Shown here piece by piece: positions 1 through 10,329 of a stretch of DNA of 64,000 bases (position 1 is its first letter; each line of letters opens with the position of its first letter). Source of the stretch: Cyanophyceae cyanobacterium. GTDB lineage: Bacteria; Cyanobacteriota; Cyanobacteriia; Cyanobacteriales; JBHJGN01. The position numbers and the translations under genes are program-made. The stretch is from positions 1 through 64,000 of the forward strand of contig JBHJGN010000008.1 in the NCBI GenBank assembly GCA_050331735.1. The letters run 5' to 3'. Under the pieces are notes generated by a model. It was not told the DNA's origin, made no database searches, and saw only the letters and a list, made by a program, of their open reading frames with translations.

Positions 1-138
1 AACTGCGTGCTTGGGAGCAACAACGCAATCGTCAAAAAGCGAAAGTAAATTGGCGTTTTACGGCTCCCAAGGCTAGAGAAAAAATGGGTCGATTATATCC
101 TCCTCTTAACCTGTCATAGTTTTCTTGGTCAACTACTA
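1..138 (+). mobile_element. 3' end of an IS630-family insertion sequence (transposase C-terminus, 3..119, plus right end)
   Basis: Not in the ORF track. Frame 3 reads LRAWEQQRNRQKAKVNWRFTAPKAREKMGRLYPPLNLS*, matching the IS630 C-terminal pattern AWExxRN...WxFT...AR.K..RLYP. It is followed by ...GGTCAACTACTA, ending in TA, the IS630 target dinucleotide. Confidence 0.75.
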
Positions 139-150
139 GTCTAACTGCTT

Positions 151-1722
151 CTAGCTTGATGTCTTCGGCTCTTCTTGAGAAACGGTATTTGAGGATTGGG
201 GATTGTTCAGTAGTGTTTGCGGCACAAGCGACATAATCAGCAAAAGAGTTAGCTGTCGGATCAAGATATAGGTTTCAATATCCACTTCGTTAGCCAGCAA
301 TCTTTCTCGAAACTGGTGCTCTACCTGATTAATCTGCTTGAGTCCGTCTTGAGGGTTGTGGCGAAGCCGAATCTGCCAATCATCGAGTAACTTAAGAGTT
401 TCCTGTGAAGACTCTCTGCGTTGCTGCTGCTGCCAGGTGCGGCACTGATCTGCTAGCACTCGCGTCATGCGCTCGACTCGCTCATAGACCTCGGTCGTGA
501 GCGCTCCGTCGATCAGCATCAGACGATGTTGCTGACGCAGTTGTTCGACGTTGGAGAGCGCTCTTTGGGGTGATTCTTCAGAGAGAATCCGTAGTTCTGC
601 AATAGACTGACGAGTCGTTTTAATCACGTCTGCGGAACGCCGCTTACGCCACCAGCGCAGTAAAAAGCCGATCGCGCTGGTAGACGTTAGCATAATTAAG
701 GCTGCCTGTAAGGGAGCGTTACCTTGAATGTAGCGCAGCCAAGCAACGCGAGGATCGCCGTTTTCTAAGGCCTGAACTGCACCTGGATGCATATATACCA
801 AGCCCATTCTCAGCAAAGTCTCGGCATCGCCCTGAGCAAGCTGCGGATAAAACGGAGCATACCGACGAGCCGTTGAGAGAATTGACCAGGCTAGGAGAGA
901 AACAATTCTTTGGTCAACGTCTGGGCGAGTCACCAGCGCGGTTGCTGTGGAGATGGTGGCTCGGTTCTGGCGAGGTTGAGGAGGAATCGCTCCATAGCTT
1001 CCTTGAGGAATAACCGCGCTTTGGTAGGATTCGGGGAACTGAATGGTGAGATAGTTAATTACGTTTGACTCTAGCCCGATTAACTCCAGCTCTGTGTCTA
1101 GAGTTAACTGCTTCCGAACTATTTCATTTGTGCCCAAAGGTCCAACATAGACGACGGCATCAAGCTGCCCAGCGCGCAGTTGAGTAAAAGCATCCTCCAA
1201 ACCAGAACGTTCAGCACGAACGGCGACATCGGTTGCTGCAAATAAACGCTCAGAGGTAAACGCAATGCCGCTTCCGGTTGCCCCAATAGCGACTCGTTTT
1301 CCTTCTAAATCAGCAAACGAGCGCACGGCTGCATCCGCTCGCGTAATGATCTGAAGGGTCTCTTGAGCCAGCACAACCACGGCTTGAACTTGTCGTTCTC
1401 TCATTGCTTCCCGCGCTACGTCGAGCTGAAGAAGGGCAAAATCAACTTCCCCGTTGAGCAACCGTTCGAGATTATCACGCGACCCTGGGGAATTGAAGTC
1501 ATCACTGAGCTGCATCCCACCAACACGATTCGCTGAGGTGATTACCTGTTCGCTAATCCGCTGGTAGCCGCTTCCCTGGGAACCACTAGCAATCAAAATA
1601 GCTGGCCGCGAAGCACAGCTACTCAAGGCGAGAAGCGCTCCGCTAACTCCAATTACACCTATCTGATCGGGCTTGAATATAGACAGCTTAAGCGATAGCA
1701 GTCGTTTTTTTAGGGTAGGCAA
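151..1722 (-). CDS. TAXI-family TRAP solute-binding protein with C-terminal TM helix and cytoplasmic helical extension
   Basis: Lipobox-like LSSC; TAXI motifs GSRDNLERL, DFALLQLD, DLEGKRVAIGATGSG, MHPGA; hydrophobic segment followed by RWWRKRR and a ~160-aa tail. Start codon uncertain. Confidence 0.8.
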   Translation of the reverse strand: MPTLKKRLLSLKLSIFKPDQIGVIGVSGALLALSSCASRPAILIASGSQGSGYQRISEQVITSANRVGGMQLSDDFNSPGSRDNLERLLNGEVDFALLQLDVAREAMRERQVQAVVVLAQETLQIITRADAAVRSFADLEGKRVAIGATGSGIAFTSERLFAATDVAVRAERSGLEDAFTQLRAGQLDAVVYVGPLGTNEIVRKQLTLDTELELIGLESNVINYLTIQFPESYQSAVIPQGSYGAIPPQPRQNRATISTATALVTRPDVDQRIVSLLAWSILSTARRYAPFYPQLAQGDAETLLRMGLVYMHPGAVQALENGDPRVAWLRYIQGNAPLQAALIMLTSTSAIGFLLRWWRKRRSADVIKTTRQSIAELRILSEESPQRALSNVEQLRQQHRLMLIDGALTTEVYERVERMTRVLADQCRTWQQQQRRESSQETLKLLDDWQIRLRHNPQDGLKQINQVEHQFRERLLANEVDIETYILIRQLTLLLIMSLVPQTLLNNPQSSNTVSQEEPKTSS

Positions 1723-1758
1723 TGCTTAACTCCTCATCATTGAGCTTGCTCATCGCAG

Positions 1759-1821
1759 CCGCCGGAGCTATCTCCGGTGTGCCAGTTGTTTCCCGGAGGT
1801 TGCCTCCGGAAAAGTTTGGCA
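1759..1821. repeat. Nested palindromic intergenic repeat
   Basis: CCGGAG-CTAT-CTCCGG, followed by TTTCCCGGAGG-TTG-CCTCCGGAAAA enclosed by GCCA...TGGC. Confidence 0.55.
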
Positions 1822-1895
1822 TCGGAACGTTGAGTCAATTTTACTGATATCTTTCGTGGTTTAGAAAGAAACAACTACCAATGAATGACACCTTG

Positions 1896-3095
1896 CTAAG
1901 AGTTGCTCCCAAACCATTTTTCGTAAATTTTGTCATAAATGCCATTTTCCTTGAGTCGAAGCAGAGCCGCATTCATCGATTTCCGATAGGAGCTACCCAC
2001 TGGCAGGGCAATCCCGTAACTCTGCGGTTGAAACACAGGACCAACAACTTTGACTGTCCCTTTCCCTTGATGGGAAGCGAAGTATTGTAAAGCCGGAGCA
2101 TCATACACTACAGCAGCAACTCGTCCATCATCCAAAGCCCGATAGGCTTTCCTAGCGCTGTCGTACATGACAACTTCCGTCTCTTGCTCTTCGAGATACT
2201 GGGCAGCAGTACTGCTGGCAACGGTCGCAACTTGCTTGCCCTGGAGATCTTCTGGTCCATTAATTATGCCCTGTAGCTCCTGCACTGTAAATATTGTTGA
2301 CATTGAGGCGGTAAAGTAGGCAAAGACAAAGTAGCCAGCACACATCCAAAATAGCCCCACCAACCGTCCGAGAAATTTTTTTGGAGTCTTATCTCCATAG
2401 CCCACCGTTGTCACCGTCACCGCTGCCCACCATAAAGACTCCCAAATTCCTCGCATGTAGTTATCGGGAAACTCTGAGTTGTGTCGCCGTTCAGAAAACC
2501 AGATTGTATGCGCAATCACCAATAGAATCAGGATAAACGACCCGACACCGTAGTACAGCTCGGGAGAAGTCAGCACGGTGATCGCCCGTTGGCTGAAGTT
2601 CGCCCACAATCCCTGAGAGCTGTTGGCAACCAAAATCTGGAGCCCAGATTCATAAAAAGGATGAGAAAAATCTAACGCTTCCTCGCGGTCAGCCGTAATG
2701 CTAATCCCGGCGATCGCCGCTTCTGCCCGACCGCGCTCGACCTCGTTTAACAGTTGAGCAACCGTGTCTACTCCGTATAGCTGATAGTCTACAGCCATTT
2801 CCTCCGCCAGCTCTTGCCACAGATCGATACTGAACCCGACGAAGCGCTCTCCTTGAGAGAAAACGAAAGGTTCAAAACGCTTTGTTGCGACTCTAAATAG
2901 CGATCGCTCTTCTTGGGAAGTAGCTGATAGCGACGCTGGCTGCTGAGATAAAGAGAATCCAGAAGTGCTAGCGGTTGCAGTCGAAACTGGAAAGACAAAC
3001 GTTTGGCTGCTCACTGATACTCGAAAGGTTAGAAATACCATCAGGGCACTTCCAAAAACCAGCAGGTTCGTTCTGATAATTCTAGTAGCCTTCAT
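1896..3095 (-). CDS. GluR0-like ligand-gated potassium channel (split amino-acid-binding domain + K+ pore)
   Basis: SBP_bac_3 motifs (GFSIDLW, ISITADREEALDFSHPFY, YGIALP) are interrupted by TM1, a pore loop WWAAVTVTTVGYGD and TM2. Likely start MKATRII. Confidence 0.88.
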   Translation of the reverse strand: MKATRIIRTNLLVFGSALMVFLTFRVSVSSQTFVFPVSTATASTSGFSLSQQPASLSATSQEERSLFRVATKRFEPFVFSQGERFVGFSIDLWQELAEEMAVDYQLYGVDTVAQLLNEVERGRAEAAIAGISITADREEALDFSHPFYESGLQILVANSSQGLWANFSQRAITVLTSPELYYGVGSFILILLVIAHTIWFSERRHNSEFPDNYMRGIWESLWWAAVTVTTVGYGDKTPKKFLGRLVGLFWMCAGYFVFAYFTASMSTIFTVQELQGIINGPEDLQGKQVATVASSTAAQYLEEQETEVVMYDSARKAYRALDDGRVAAVVYDAPALQYFASHQGKGTVKVVGPVFQPQSYGIALPVGSSYRKSMNAALLRLKENGIYDKIYEKWFGSNS

Positions 3096-3480
3096 GATCA
3101 AGCATTTAGAGTCAACTACCGAAGTGCAATGGAAAGTTGCTAGGCTCAAATTTTAACAGGATTAAGGAATAATTTTGTCAGTGATTTCAGCGATATTGAA
3201 GTACGAAAAGTGAGATAAAAACCAACAGACTAACTTAAGGAATCAACGAGATGCCCGTGTATTTTTTAGGAAAAACACCAGAGCAGAGTTTTGAACAACG
3301 GTATTTCTCTGCTACTAACAAAATTGTTTTTATCCAACTGAATCGGCTTTGAGGAAAAACGAGTGTGGCGACTAGCTCTGTTCTCCAGGCAAGTTTCGTT
3401 AGCGATGGCGTTGCTTAAATTAGTGAGGGACGTAAGTCCCATAGACAAAAAGCGAGGAACAATCAACCAGCCAACAGATA

Positions 3481-3504
3481 AAAAAAGAGGGGCGATCGCC
3501 CCTC
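3481..3504 (-). terminator. Intrinsic terminator of apcF with HIP1 at the hairpin centre
   Basis: Perfect palindrome GAGGGGCGATCGCCCCTC (3487-3504) followed by a T-run on the minus strand. Confidence 0.7.
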
Positions 3505-3542
3505 CCTCTCTTTCTAGAATCTCTTCTAGCTTCAATCCGCGG

Positions 3543-4052
3543 CTACACAGATATTTCGCTCAGTTCGCGAGTCATGTAGTCAAAAGGCTCATCAATAAAT
3601 GCCGTATTTTCGACTCCCGATTCAGAGGCCATCTCTTTGACAATTCCTTTCATAATCTGAATGCCACGTACTGTAGGAGCGATCGGAACCCCCAAAGAAT
3701 TGTAGGTTTCCCGCAGTCCCTGTAGCACCCGCTCATCAAGAACGTTCATATCTCCTGCCACTAACGCATAGCTAGCATAGCGCAGGTAGTAGTCCATATC
3801 GCGCAGGCAGGCAGAGTAGCGACGAGTTGTGTAGGCATTTCCACCGGGACGAATTAGTTCCGGTAGTTCTTCAAAAAGTTGAGACCCTGCCCGCTTCACA
3901 ATCGGGGCAGAGTTGCCGTTGATGACGGCGGCTGTTGCCACTCTCCCCGTACCAGACTCAAAGTAAGCTTGCAAGCTGTCTAAGGCGTTGCGGTCCAGAT
4001 ACCGTCCGGAAACATCATAATCTCTAATCAGTTTGGTAACTGCGTCTCTCAT
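3543..4052 (-). CDS. apcF: Allophycocyanin beta-18 subunit
   Basis: MRDAVTKLIRDYDVSGRYLDR start; GGNAYTTRRYSACLRDMDYYLRYASYAL; 169 aa; divergent from glnA. Confidence 0.93.
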   Translation of the reverse strand: MRDAVTKLIRDYDVSGRYLDRNALDSLQAYFESGTGRVATAAVINGNSAPIVKRAGSQLFEELPELIRPGGNAYTTRRYSACLRDMDYYLRYASYALVAGDMNVLDERVLQGLRETYNSLGVPIAPTVRGIQIMKGIVKEMASESGVENTAFIDEPFDYMTRELSEISV

Positions 4053-4352
4053 TTTTTCTCCCAACCTTATTTTTATGCTTTGGCTGACAAAAAGCAGCTC
4101 TGTGCTTATCTTTAGCGTCTTCAGGCTTAAACTAAAGTTTTTTGTCTTTAAGTTTTTTATTTTACTCCTTTAGCTCTATCCGTAGAACTAGAATTAAAAA
4201 TTATTTAAGCAAGGACTTCCAGCTCAGCTAGCAACTGCTAATTTTTCTGAGGCTCCTCGCGTTGAGGCCCATTTCTATTTTGGACAAACCTAGAAATTGT
4301 TGAGGTTTGCCACTAAACCCAAGAGCGGCATCCGAACCCGTAGTAGATTTCA

Positions 4353-4394
4353 GTATCAATTAATACAAAATCTCCTCGCCCCTCTCCCTAGGAT
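4353..4394 (+). promoter_or_regulatory. NtcA-activated (class II) promoter of glnA
   Basis: GTA-TCAATTAA-TAC at 4353-4366, then exactly 22 nt, then a TAN3T -10 box TAGGAT at 4389-4394. Confidence 0.85.
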
Positions 4395-4430
4395 GATTCG
4401 AGATGAAATTGCAAACTGGAGAACTAATTC

Positions 4431-5852
4431 ATGCCTGAGACTCCCCAAGAAGTCTTGAAAATGATTCAAGACGAAAATATTCAAATCATCGATCTTAAAT
4501 TTATTGACATGCCGGGAATCTGGCAGCACTGCTCTTTCTATCAAAACCAAATTGAAGAAGAGTCTTTCACCGACGGCGTTCCCTTCGATGGTTCGAGTAT
4601 TCGCGGCTGGAAAGCCATTAATGAATCGGACATGGCCATGGTTCCCGACCCGACAACGGCCTGGATCGATCCCTTTTACAAAGAAAAAACCTTGAGCATG
4701 ATCTGTAGCATCAAGGAACCCCGGACTGGAGAATTCTACGATCGCGATCCTCGTACAATCGCGAGCAAAGCGCTAGACTTCCTTCAGGCCAGCGGCATCG
4801 GCGATACAGCTTTCTTTGGTCCAGAGGCAGAGTTTTTTGTCTTTGACGACATTCGTTTCGATCAAACCGAGAGCCACGGCTACTACTACGTAGACAGTGT
4901 AGAAGGACGCTGGAATACCGGACAGCAGGAAGCGGGCGGGAACCTGGGGTATAAGCCTAATTACAAAGGTGGTTACTTCCCCGTTGCGCCAACCGATACC
5001 CTCCAAGATATTCGGACAGAAATGCTGCTGACTATGGCGAAGTGTGGAGTGCCGATTGAGAAGCACCACCACGAAGTCGCAACCGGAGGACAAAACGAGT
5101 TAGGAGTTCGCTTTGCTACCCTCATTGAGGCGGCTGACTACTTGATGACCTACAAATACGTCATCAAGAACGTTGCGCAAAAGTACGGCAAAACCGTCAC
5201 GTTTATGCCCAAGCCGCTGTTCAACGACAATGGCTCTGGAATGCACACACACCAGTCTATCTGGAAGAACGAAGAGCCCCTGTTTTGGGGCGATGGCTAC
5301 GCCAACCTGAGCAAAATGGCTCTTCACTACATTGGCGGCATTCTCAGACATGCCCCGGCACTGCTAGCGTTTACGAATCCTACCACCAACTCTTACAAGC
5401 GCTTGGTTCCTGGATTTGAAGCCCCTGTTAACCTCGCTTACTCTCAAGGTAATCGTTCTGCCTCGATCCGCATTCCCCTATCGGGAACCAATCCCAAAGC
5501 AAAGCGCCTAGAGTTCCGCTGCCCCGATGCTACCTGCAATCCTTACCTAGCCTTTGCTGCTATGCTGTGTGCTGGTATCGACGGTATTAAGAACGAAATC
5601 GATCCTGGCGATCCTCTCGACGTGGATATTTACGATCTCAGTCCAGAAGAATTGAGCAAGATTCCTTCTACTCCGGCTTCCTTGGAAGCGGCGCTAGAAA
5701 ACTTAGAAAAGGATCATGCCTTTTTAACCGATAGTGGAGTTTTCACCGAAGACTTTATCAGTAACTGGATCGAGTTTAAGCTAGATAATGAGGTCAACCC
5801 TCTGCGTTTACGTCCTCATCCCTATGAGTTCTCGCTGTACTACGACGCTTAA
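4431..5852 (+). CDS. glnA: Glutamine synthetase type I
   Basis: [52 protein letters not shown]; 473 aa. Confidence 0.99.
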   Translation: MPETPQEVLKMIQDENIQIIDLKFIDMPGIWQHCSFYQNQIEEESFTDGVPFDGSSIRGWKAINESDMAMVPDPTTAWIDPFYKEKTLSMICSIKEPRTGEFYDRDPRTIASKALDFLQASGIGDTAFFGPEAEFFVFDDIRFDQTESHGYYYVDSVEGRWNTGQQEAGGNLGYKPNYKGGYFPVAPTDTLQDIRTEMLLTMAKCGVPIEKHHHEVATGGQNELGVRFATLIEAADYLMTYKYVIKNVAQKYGKTVTFMPKPLFNDNGSGMHTHQSIWKNEEPLFWGDGYANLSKMALHYIGGILRHAPALLAFTNPTTNSYKRLVPGFEAPVNLAYSQGNRSASIRIPLSGTNPKAKRLEFRCPDATCNPYLAFAAMLCAGIDGIKNEIDPGDPLDVDIYDLSPEELSKIPSTPASLEAALENLEKDHAFLTDSGVFTEDFISNWIEFKLDNEVNPLRLRPHPYEFSLYYDA

Positions 5853-5943
5853 GCTACACCCCGTGAAGGGTTGAGCTTTATTCGTTAGCTGAGTAGGCGT
5901 TCCCTCGACTGCCACCGACAGCAGTAAAGATTGACACCGTGAG

Positions 5944-5972
5944 TCACCACTCCCAGGAGCGGTGATTTTTTT
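5944..5972 (+). terminator. Intrinsic terminator downstream of glnA
   Basis: TCACCACTCC-CA-GGAGCGGTGA followed by T7. Confidence 0.7.
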
Positions 5973-6112
5973 GTCTATTTTTGAAACAATAGTGCTCAGA
6001 GAATTACTCAATGACTATACTGAAGAAGAGATTTACAAAAAGACACTAATTTTTACATCTCAAAATATTTTCTCATCAGTTGGGTCTCAATCATCGCGTT
6101 TACTCTAGCTCT

Positions 6113-7207
6113 ATGTCATCTACTGCCAGCATCGATCAATTAATTCCGATCCCTGACACCGTAGCAAAAGTTGCCTATCAGTCTTTTCAGCAGGGCAAAG
6201 AAGTGTTTGGGTTTGCCCACAAGGTCATTAGCTCTCAACTCGCTCAGTTTTTTGCTCCAGAATACGACCGGCAAGTCAAGTCCCTCGACCCGCAAATCCT
6301 GCTTAAGATTCAGCAGCGGATTAATCAGCTTCTGGAGGTTGACTGGCAAGACGCAGAAAGAGGCGTTTATCCAGCGACTCTCCTCTTCGATCACCCGTGG
6401 GAAGATTTCTTGCGCTACTATCCTGCTGTATGGCTAGATATGCCCTCGATTTGGGAGCGGATTCAGAGCAAGCAGTATCAGTCCTTTTCCCCAGAAATTG
6501 ACCGGGAAGGCTATCCGCAGTACTACCTGCAAAATTTCCACCATCAGACGAACGGATATCTCAGCGATTTATCCGCTAATCTGTACGATCTTCAGGTAGA
6601 ACTCCTCTTCAACGGCATGGCTGATGCCATGAGACGGCGGATTTTGTCTCCCCTTAAGGAGGGGCTAAAGGCGTTTGCCGCTACGCCCGCTCGCCAGGTT
6701 CGCGTTTTGGATATTGCTTGCGGAACGGGCAGAACGCTGAGAATGCTGCGAGCTACTTTGCCAAAAGCCTCTCTGTTTGGGACCGACCTCTCTCCTGCTT
6801 ATCTGCGCAAGGCGAATCAGTTCCTCTCAGAGAAACCCGGCGAGCTACCTCAGCTCCTTCAGGCTAACGCTGAAGAACTTCCCTATACCGACAACTTCTT
6901 CCACGGCGTTACCAGCGTGTTTCTGTTTCACGAACTGCCAGCCAGCGCTCGCCAACGAGTGATTGAGGAAGCGTTTCGAGTGACAATGCCAGGGGGAACT
7001 TTTGTGATCTGTGATTCGATTCAGGAGCTAGATTATCCTGAATTCAAGCCTATGATGGAAAACTTCCCGGCTTTGTTCCACGAGCCTTACTATCGACACT
7101 ACGTGACTGATAATTTGAGTGATCGCCTCATGAGCGCTGGCTTTACTGATCTCTGCACAGAAAATCATTTCATGAGTAAGTACTGGGTAGCTCATAAGCC
7201 CGCATAA
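6113..7207 (+). CDS. Class I SAM-dependent methyltransferase (conserved cyanobacterial)
   Basis: Motif I VLDIACGTG; YYLQNFHHQTNGYLS; VFLFHELP. Confidence 0.88.
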   Translation: MSSTASIDQLIPIPDTVAKVAYQSFQQGKEVFGFAHKVISSQLAQFFAPEYDRQVKSLDPQILLKIQQRINQLLEVDWQDAERGVYPATLLFDHPWEDFLRYYPAVWLDMPSIWERIQSKQYQSFSPEIDREGYPQYYLQNFHHQTNGYLSDLSANLYDLQVELLFNGMADAMRRRILSPLKEGLKAFAATPARQVRVLDIACGTGRTLRMLRATLPKASLFGTDLSPAYLRKANQFLSEKPGELPQLLQANAEELPYTDNFFHGVTSVFLFHELPASARQRVIEEAFRVTMPGGTFVICDSIQELDYPEFKPMMENFPALFHEPYYRHYVTDNLSDRLMSAGFTDLCTENHFMSKYWVAHKPA

Positions 7208-7226
7208 ATCTAGGAGTGATAGCAAT

Positions 7227-7255
7227 GAAAAAGAGCGGCGAACCCGCTCTTTTTC
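7227..7255. terminator. Intrinsic terminator
   Basis: GAAAAAGAGCGG-CGAAC-CCGCTCTTTTTC hairpin with A/T tails. Confidence 0.75.
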
Positions 7256-7334
7256 CACTTGTCGGGAAAATCAACTGATTGCCGCCCGTGAAGAGATAAA
7301 CTAAAAACTGATAACCCATCAATCGCGACGAGCC

Positions 7335-7826
7335 ATGACGACGCCAGACCCAAATTTAGAAGCCTTGGCAACTGAAGATCAGCCGACGGTAGAGGCCTTA
7401 ACAGAAGAGCTGGATGAGGATAAAGCCAGTCACCACGATGTTATTGAAACCGTCATCTCCAGCCTTGAGCAAGACGATAGCGCAATGGTTTCGCATACGG
7501 ATGAGGGGTATCTATGGAAGTTCCGGTACGGGAGCGTTGATGTATTTGTGCAGCTCACTGGAGAAACGGATGAAGATCTCTTAACGGTTTGGTCTCCGGT
7601 ACTCAGTTTACCGGTGAAAGATGAACTGGGGCTGATGCACAAGCTGTTAGAGATGAACTGGGCGGAAACTTTTGAAACGTGTTTTGGCACCGTGAACAGC
7701 CAAGTTGTCGTTCTCGCGCAGCGAACGGTGGCTGGGTTGTCCCCTGGCGAAATTTCCCGAGCCATTACTTTAGTGGCAACGATTGCTGACGACAATGATG
7801 AGCTACTTCAGGAACAGTTTCAATAA
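7335..7826 (+). CDS. YbjN-domain (CesT/T3SS-chaperone-like fold) protein
   Basis: Acidic 163-aa protein with WKFRYGSVDVFVQL and EISRAITLVATIADDND. Confidence 0.75.
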   Translation: MTTPDPNLEALATEDQPTVEALTEELDEDKASHHDVIETVISSLEQDDSAMVSHTDEGYLWKFRYGSVDVFVQLTGETDEDLLTVWSPVLSLPVKDELGLMHKLLEMNWAETFETCFGTVNSQVVVLAQRTVAGLSPGEISRAITLVATIADDNDELLQEQFQ

Positions 7827-7872
7827 TCAGGAGTGACTAACAGATCTCACATTGGTAACTGGTTACTGACTA

Positions 7873-8571
7873 ATGACTGATACGTGGCGCTTAATCCCTC
7901 CAGTGCAGGCATCTGGGTCAGTGCAGATGGCGCTCGATCGGTGGCTGCTCGAACAGCATCAGCACGGTCATCCACCAACGCTACGTTTTTACACGTGGTC
8001 GCCAGTGGCAATTTCTTTGGGCTATCATCAGCGTCAGTATCCTCACGATTGGAATCACCTCTATTGGCAGGGACAGCCCATCGAATTAGTTCGCCGTCCG
8101 ACAGGCGGAAGGGCTGTGCTGCACCAGGGAGACTTAACCTATGCCGTGGTGATGTCTGCATCTGGCAGGCTTTTGGAGGTGTACACTCAGATTTGCCAGT
8201 TTTTAATTGTGGGCTGGCGATCGCTTGGGGTAGAGTTGCAGTATGGAGCAAGGCAAAGATATGCCCAAACCCACAACTGCTTTAGAATTGCCACCGGTGC
8301 AGATTTGGTAACTGCTGACGGCAGGAAACTCATTGGCAGCGCTCAACTCCGCCAGGGCCAAGCCGTCTTACAGCATGGTTCAATGATGCTCTCACCACAC
8401 CCAGAACTTTTTACTTGCATTTTCGATAGAGCTCCCCAAGGAATCGATATTTTGCAGAGTACCGTTGCGCAGGCTCTGATCCATGCCGCTGAACACTGCT
8501 TTAAAATGCAGTTAATTGAACAACCTTTGTCGGAAACGGAGTGGCAAGAAGTCATTAGTTTGTCCTCCTGA
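7873..8571 (+). CDS. Lipoate-protein ligase A / octanoyltransferase family protein
   Basis: QMALD, PTLRFYTW, VRRPTGGRAVLH, KLIGSAQ, LQHGS. Confidence 0.9.
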   Translation: MTDTWRLIPPVQASGSVQMALDRWLLEQHQHGHPPTLRFYTWSPVAISLGYHQRQYPHDWNHLYWQGQPIELVRRPTGGRAVLHQGDLTYAVVMSASGRLLEVYTQICQFLIVGWRSLGVELQYGARQRYAQTHNCFRIATGADLVTADGRKLIGSAQLRQGQAVLQHGSMMLSPHPELFTCIFDRAPQGIDILQSTVAQALIHAAEHCFKMQLIEQPLSETEWQEVISLSS

Positions 8572-8662
8572 TAATTTTGATCCTGAGCACAATTCCTTGC
8601 GCTTTCCGGAGGAGAAGATTGCTAAACTACAAGTGTTATGAATTTAAATTTATCTCGATAGT

Positions 8663-9151
8663 ATGAGCGTAGTTAGTCAAGTAATTCTCAAAGCAGATGA
8701 CGAACTTCGGTATCCGAGCAGCGGCGAACTGAAGGGGATTCAGGCATTTTTGCAGACGGGCCAGCAGCGGATGCGAATTGCCCAAATGATGGCCGAAAAC
8801 GAAAAGAAAATCGTGGAAGAAGCCGGGAAGCAGTTATTTAGGCAACACCCTGAATACCGCGCTCCTGGTGGCAATGCCTACGGTCAACGCCAGTACAATC
8901 AGTGCTTGCGCGACTACGGCTGGTATTTACGCCTAGTGACCTATGGTATTCTAGCTGGCGACAAAGAACCTATTGAAAGAATTGGCTTAATTGGTGTTAA
9001 AGAAATGTACAATTCCTTGGGCGTTCCCGTTCCAGGAATGGTTGATTCAATTCGCTGCCTTAAAGACGCAGCGTTGGGTAAGCTGAGTACTGAAGATGCT
9101 ACTGAAGCAGCACCATACTTTGATTACATCATTCAGTCAATGTCTTCGTAA
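8663..9151 (+). CDS. apcD: Allophycocyanin alpha-B subunit
   Basis: [38 protein letters not shown]. Confidence 0.93.
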   Translation: MSVVSQVILKADDELRYPSSGELKGIQAFLQTGQQRMRIAQMMAENEKKIVEEAGKQLFRQHPEYRAPGGNAYGQRQYNQCLRDYGWYLRLVTYGILAGDKEPIERIGLIGVKEMYNSLGVPVPGMVDSIRCLKDAALGKLSTEDATEAAPYFDYIIQSMSS

Positions 9152-9261
9152 CTAGTTCTCAGTCGTCGGCTATCAGTTTATGGGCTTAGAAATGGGGGTC
9201 AACCGAAGCTATCTAGTCTAAGACTGGCAACTGACGGCTGAGATATTCACTGTTGTAATGC

Positions 9262-9789
9262 TTGCCATGCATGTTTGGGCTTAAGACTGTTCCGTGGCTT
9301 TCCCTGCTTCTCGTTTTCCTGACCTTTAGTGCCTTTGGCTGGTCTCTGACTGAATCAATTCCCGATCTCGCTGAGGAAATTGTTGATCGAGCAAGTTTTT
9401 TAGGAATCTCCATATCGGCAGTCGTTGTCTCCTGGACACTTTTTCCTATTGCCGCAACTCTTATCATTATTGTTGCCGTATCGCTAACGGCTCCGATTCT
9501 CTGGATCAGAATCGGCATTGGCAATTGGTTGAAATCAGATTTTAAAGCGTTTGCTTCAATTCTGCTTTGGGCGTTTGCTGTCGCGTTTATTTTTTCCTGG
9601 ATCGAGTACTTTGTGCGACTACTCGTGCTTCTGTCAGTATCTATTTTAGCTCGCTTAGAACTGCAAAGAGCCGGATACAAAAAAAACCAGGCTTCTATTG
9701 TGCTCGTCTGTTGCTGTCTTTTTGGTTTTGCCGTTGGTGTTCTAGCCTATTCCCGGTGGAATCCGTCAGTTCTGTTTGAGGTTGGGTAG
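9262..9789 (+). CDS. Hypothetical multi-pass membrane protein
   Basis: About 5 hydrophobic segments; ARLELQRAGY motif. Confidence 0.7.
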   Translation: MPCMFGLKTVPWLSLLLVFLTFSAFGWSLTESIPDLAEEIVDRASFLGISISAVVVSWTLFPIAATLIIIVAVSLTAPILWIRIGIGNWLKSDFKAFASILLWAFAVAFIFSWIEYFVRLLVLLSVSILARLELQRAGYKKNQASIVLVCCCLFGFAVGVLAYSRWNPSVLFEVG

Positions 9790-9817
9790 AATTTTTCTAT
9801 TGGATTTAGAACTCTAT

Positions 9818-10207
9818 ATGGCTAAAAAAAAATCGCTTCAGCGTTTTCTGATCGTCGCTGCTGGTATCGCGTTTCTCGGTTCAACCGGTTTTTTCCTGCT
9901 TGAGATGTTTAATAGTCCCTCTCCCACTCCACAACAGGCTGCAACCTCAGTCGGAGAAGCTGATTTAGCCTCCCAGGAGCAGGGGTATGAACTGGTATTG
10001 GAGAGAGAACCAGAAAATCCAGCCGCACTGCGCGGTTTAGTCGAGACAAGGCTGGCCATGAACGATTTGGCTGGAGCCGTTGAGCCGATGGAGAAGCTAG
10101 TCAAACTGTACCCGGAGGAGGAACAGTTACAGGCTTTATTAAACGCCATCAAACAGCAGGCAGAAGTGCAAAGTCAACCAGAAGAAGCGGAGGAGAGTCA
10201 GCCCTAA
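9818..10207 (+). CDS. Membrane-anchored TPR protein
   Basis: N-terminal TM helix; GYELVLEREPENPAALRGLV TPR-like helices. Confidence 0.75.
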   Translation: MAKKKSLQRFLIVAAGIAFLGSTGFFLLEMFNSPSPTPQQAATSVGEADLASQEQGYELVLEREPENPAALRGLVETRLAMNDLAGAVEPMEKLVKLYPEEEQLQALLNAIKQQAEVQSQPEEAEESQP

Positions 10208-10329
10208 AGAAGGACTACAGAGCGCCATCACTGTTTCACTTTACATTCTAGATGTAACTTAGGAGCGATGTCTTCTCCCAACAGTGAATTAACAATTGAG
10301 ATTGGAGAGAACTGTTGAGGAAAGTTGCC

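Noticed and set aside
3543..9151. Far-red/low-light photoacclimation cluster (two apc genes close together)
   Set aside because: The sequences look like ordinary ApcF and ApcD; there are no paralogous psa/psb, rfp or isiX genes.
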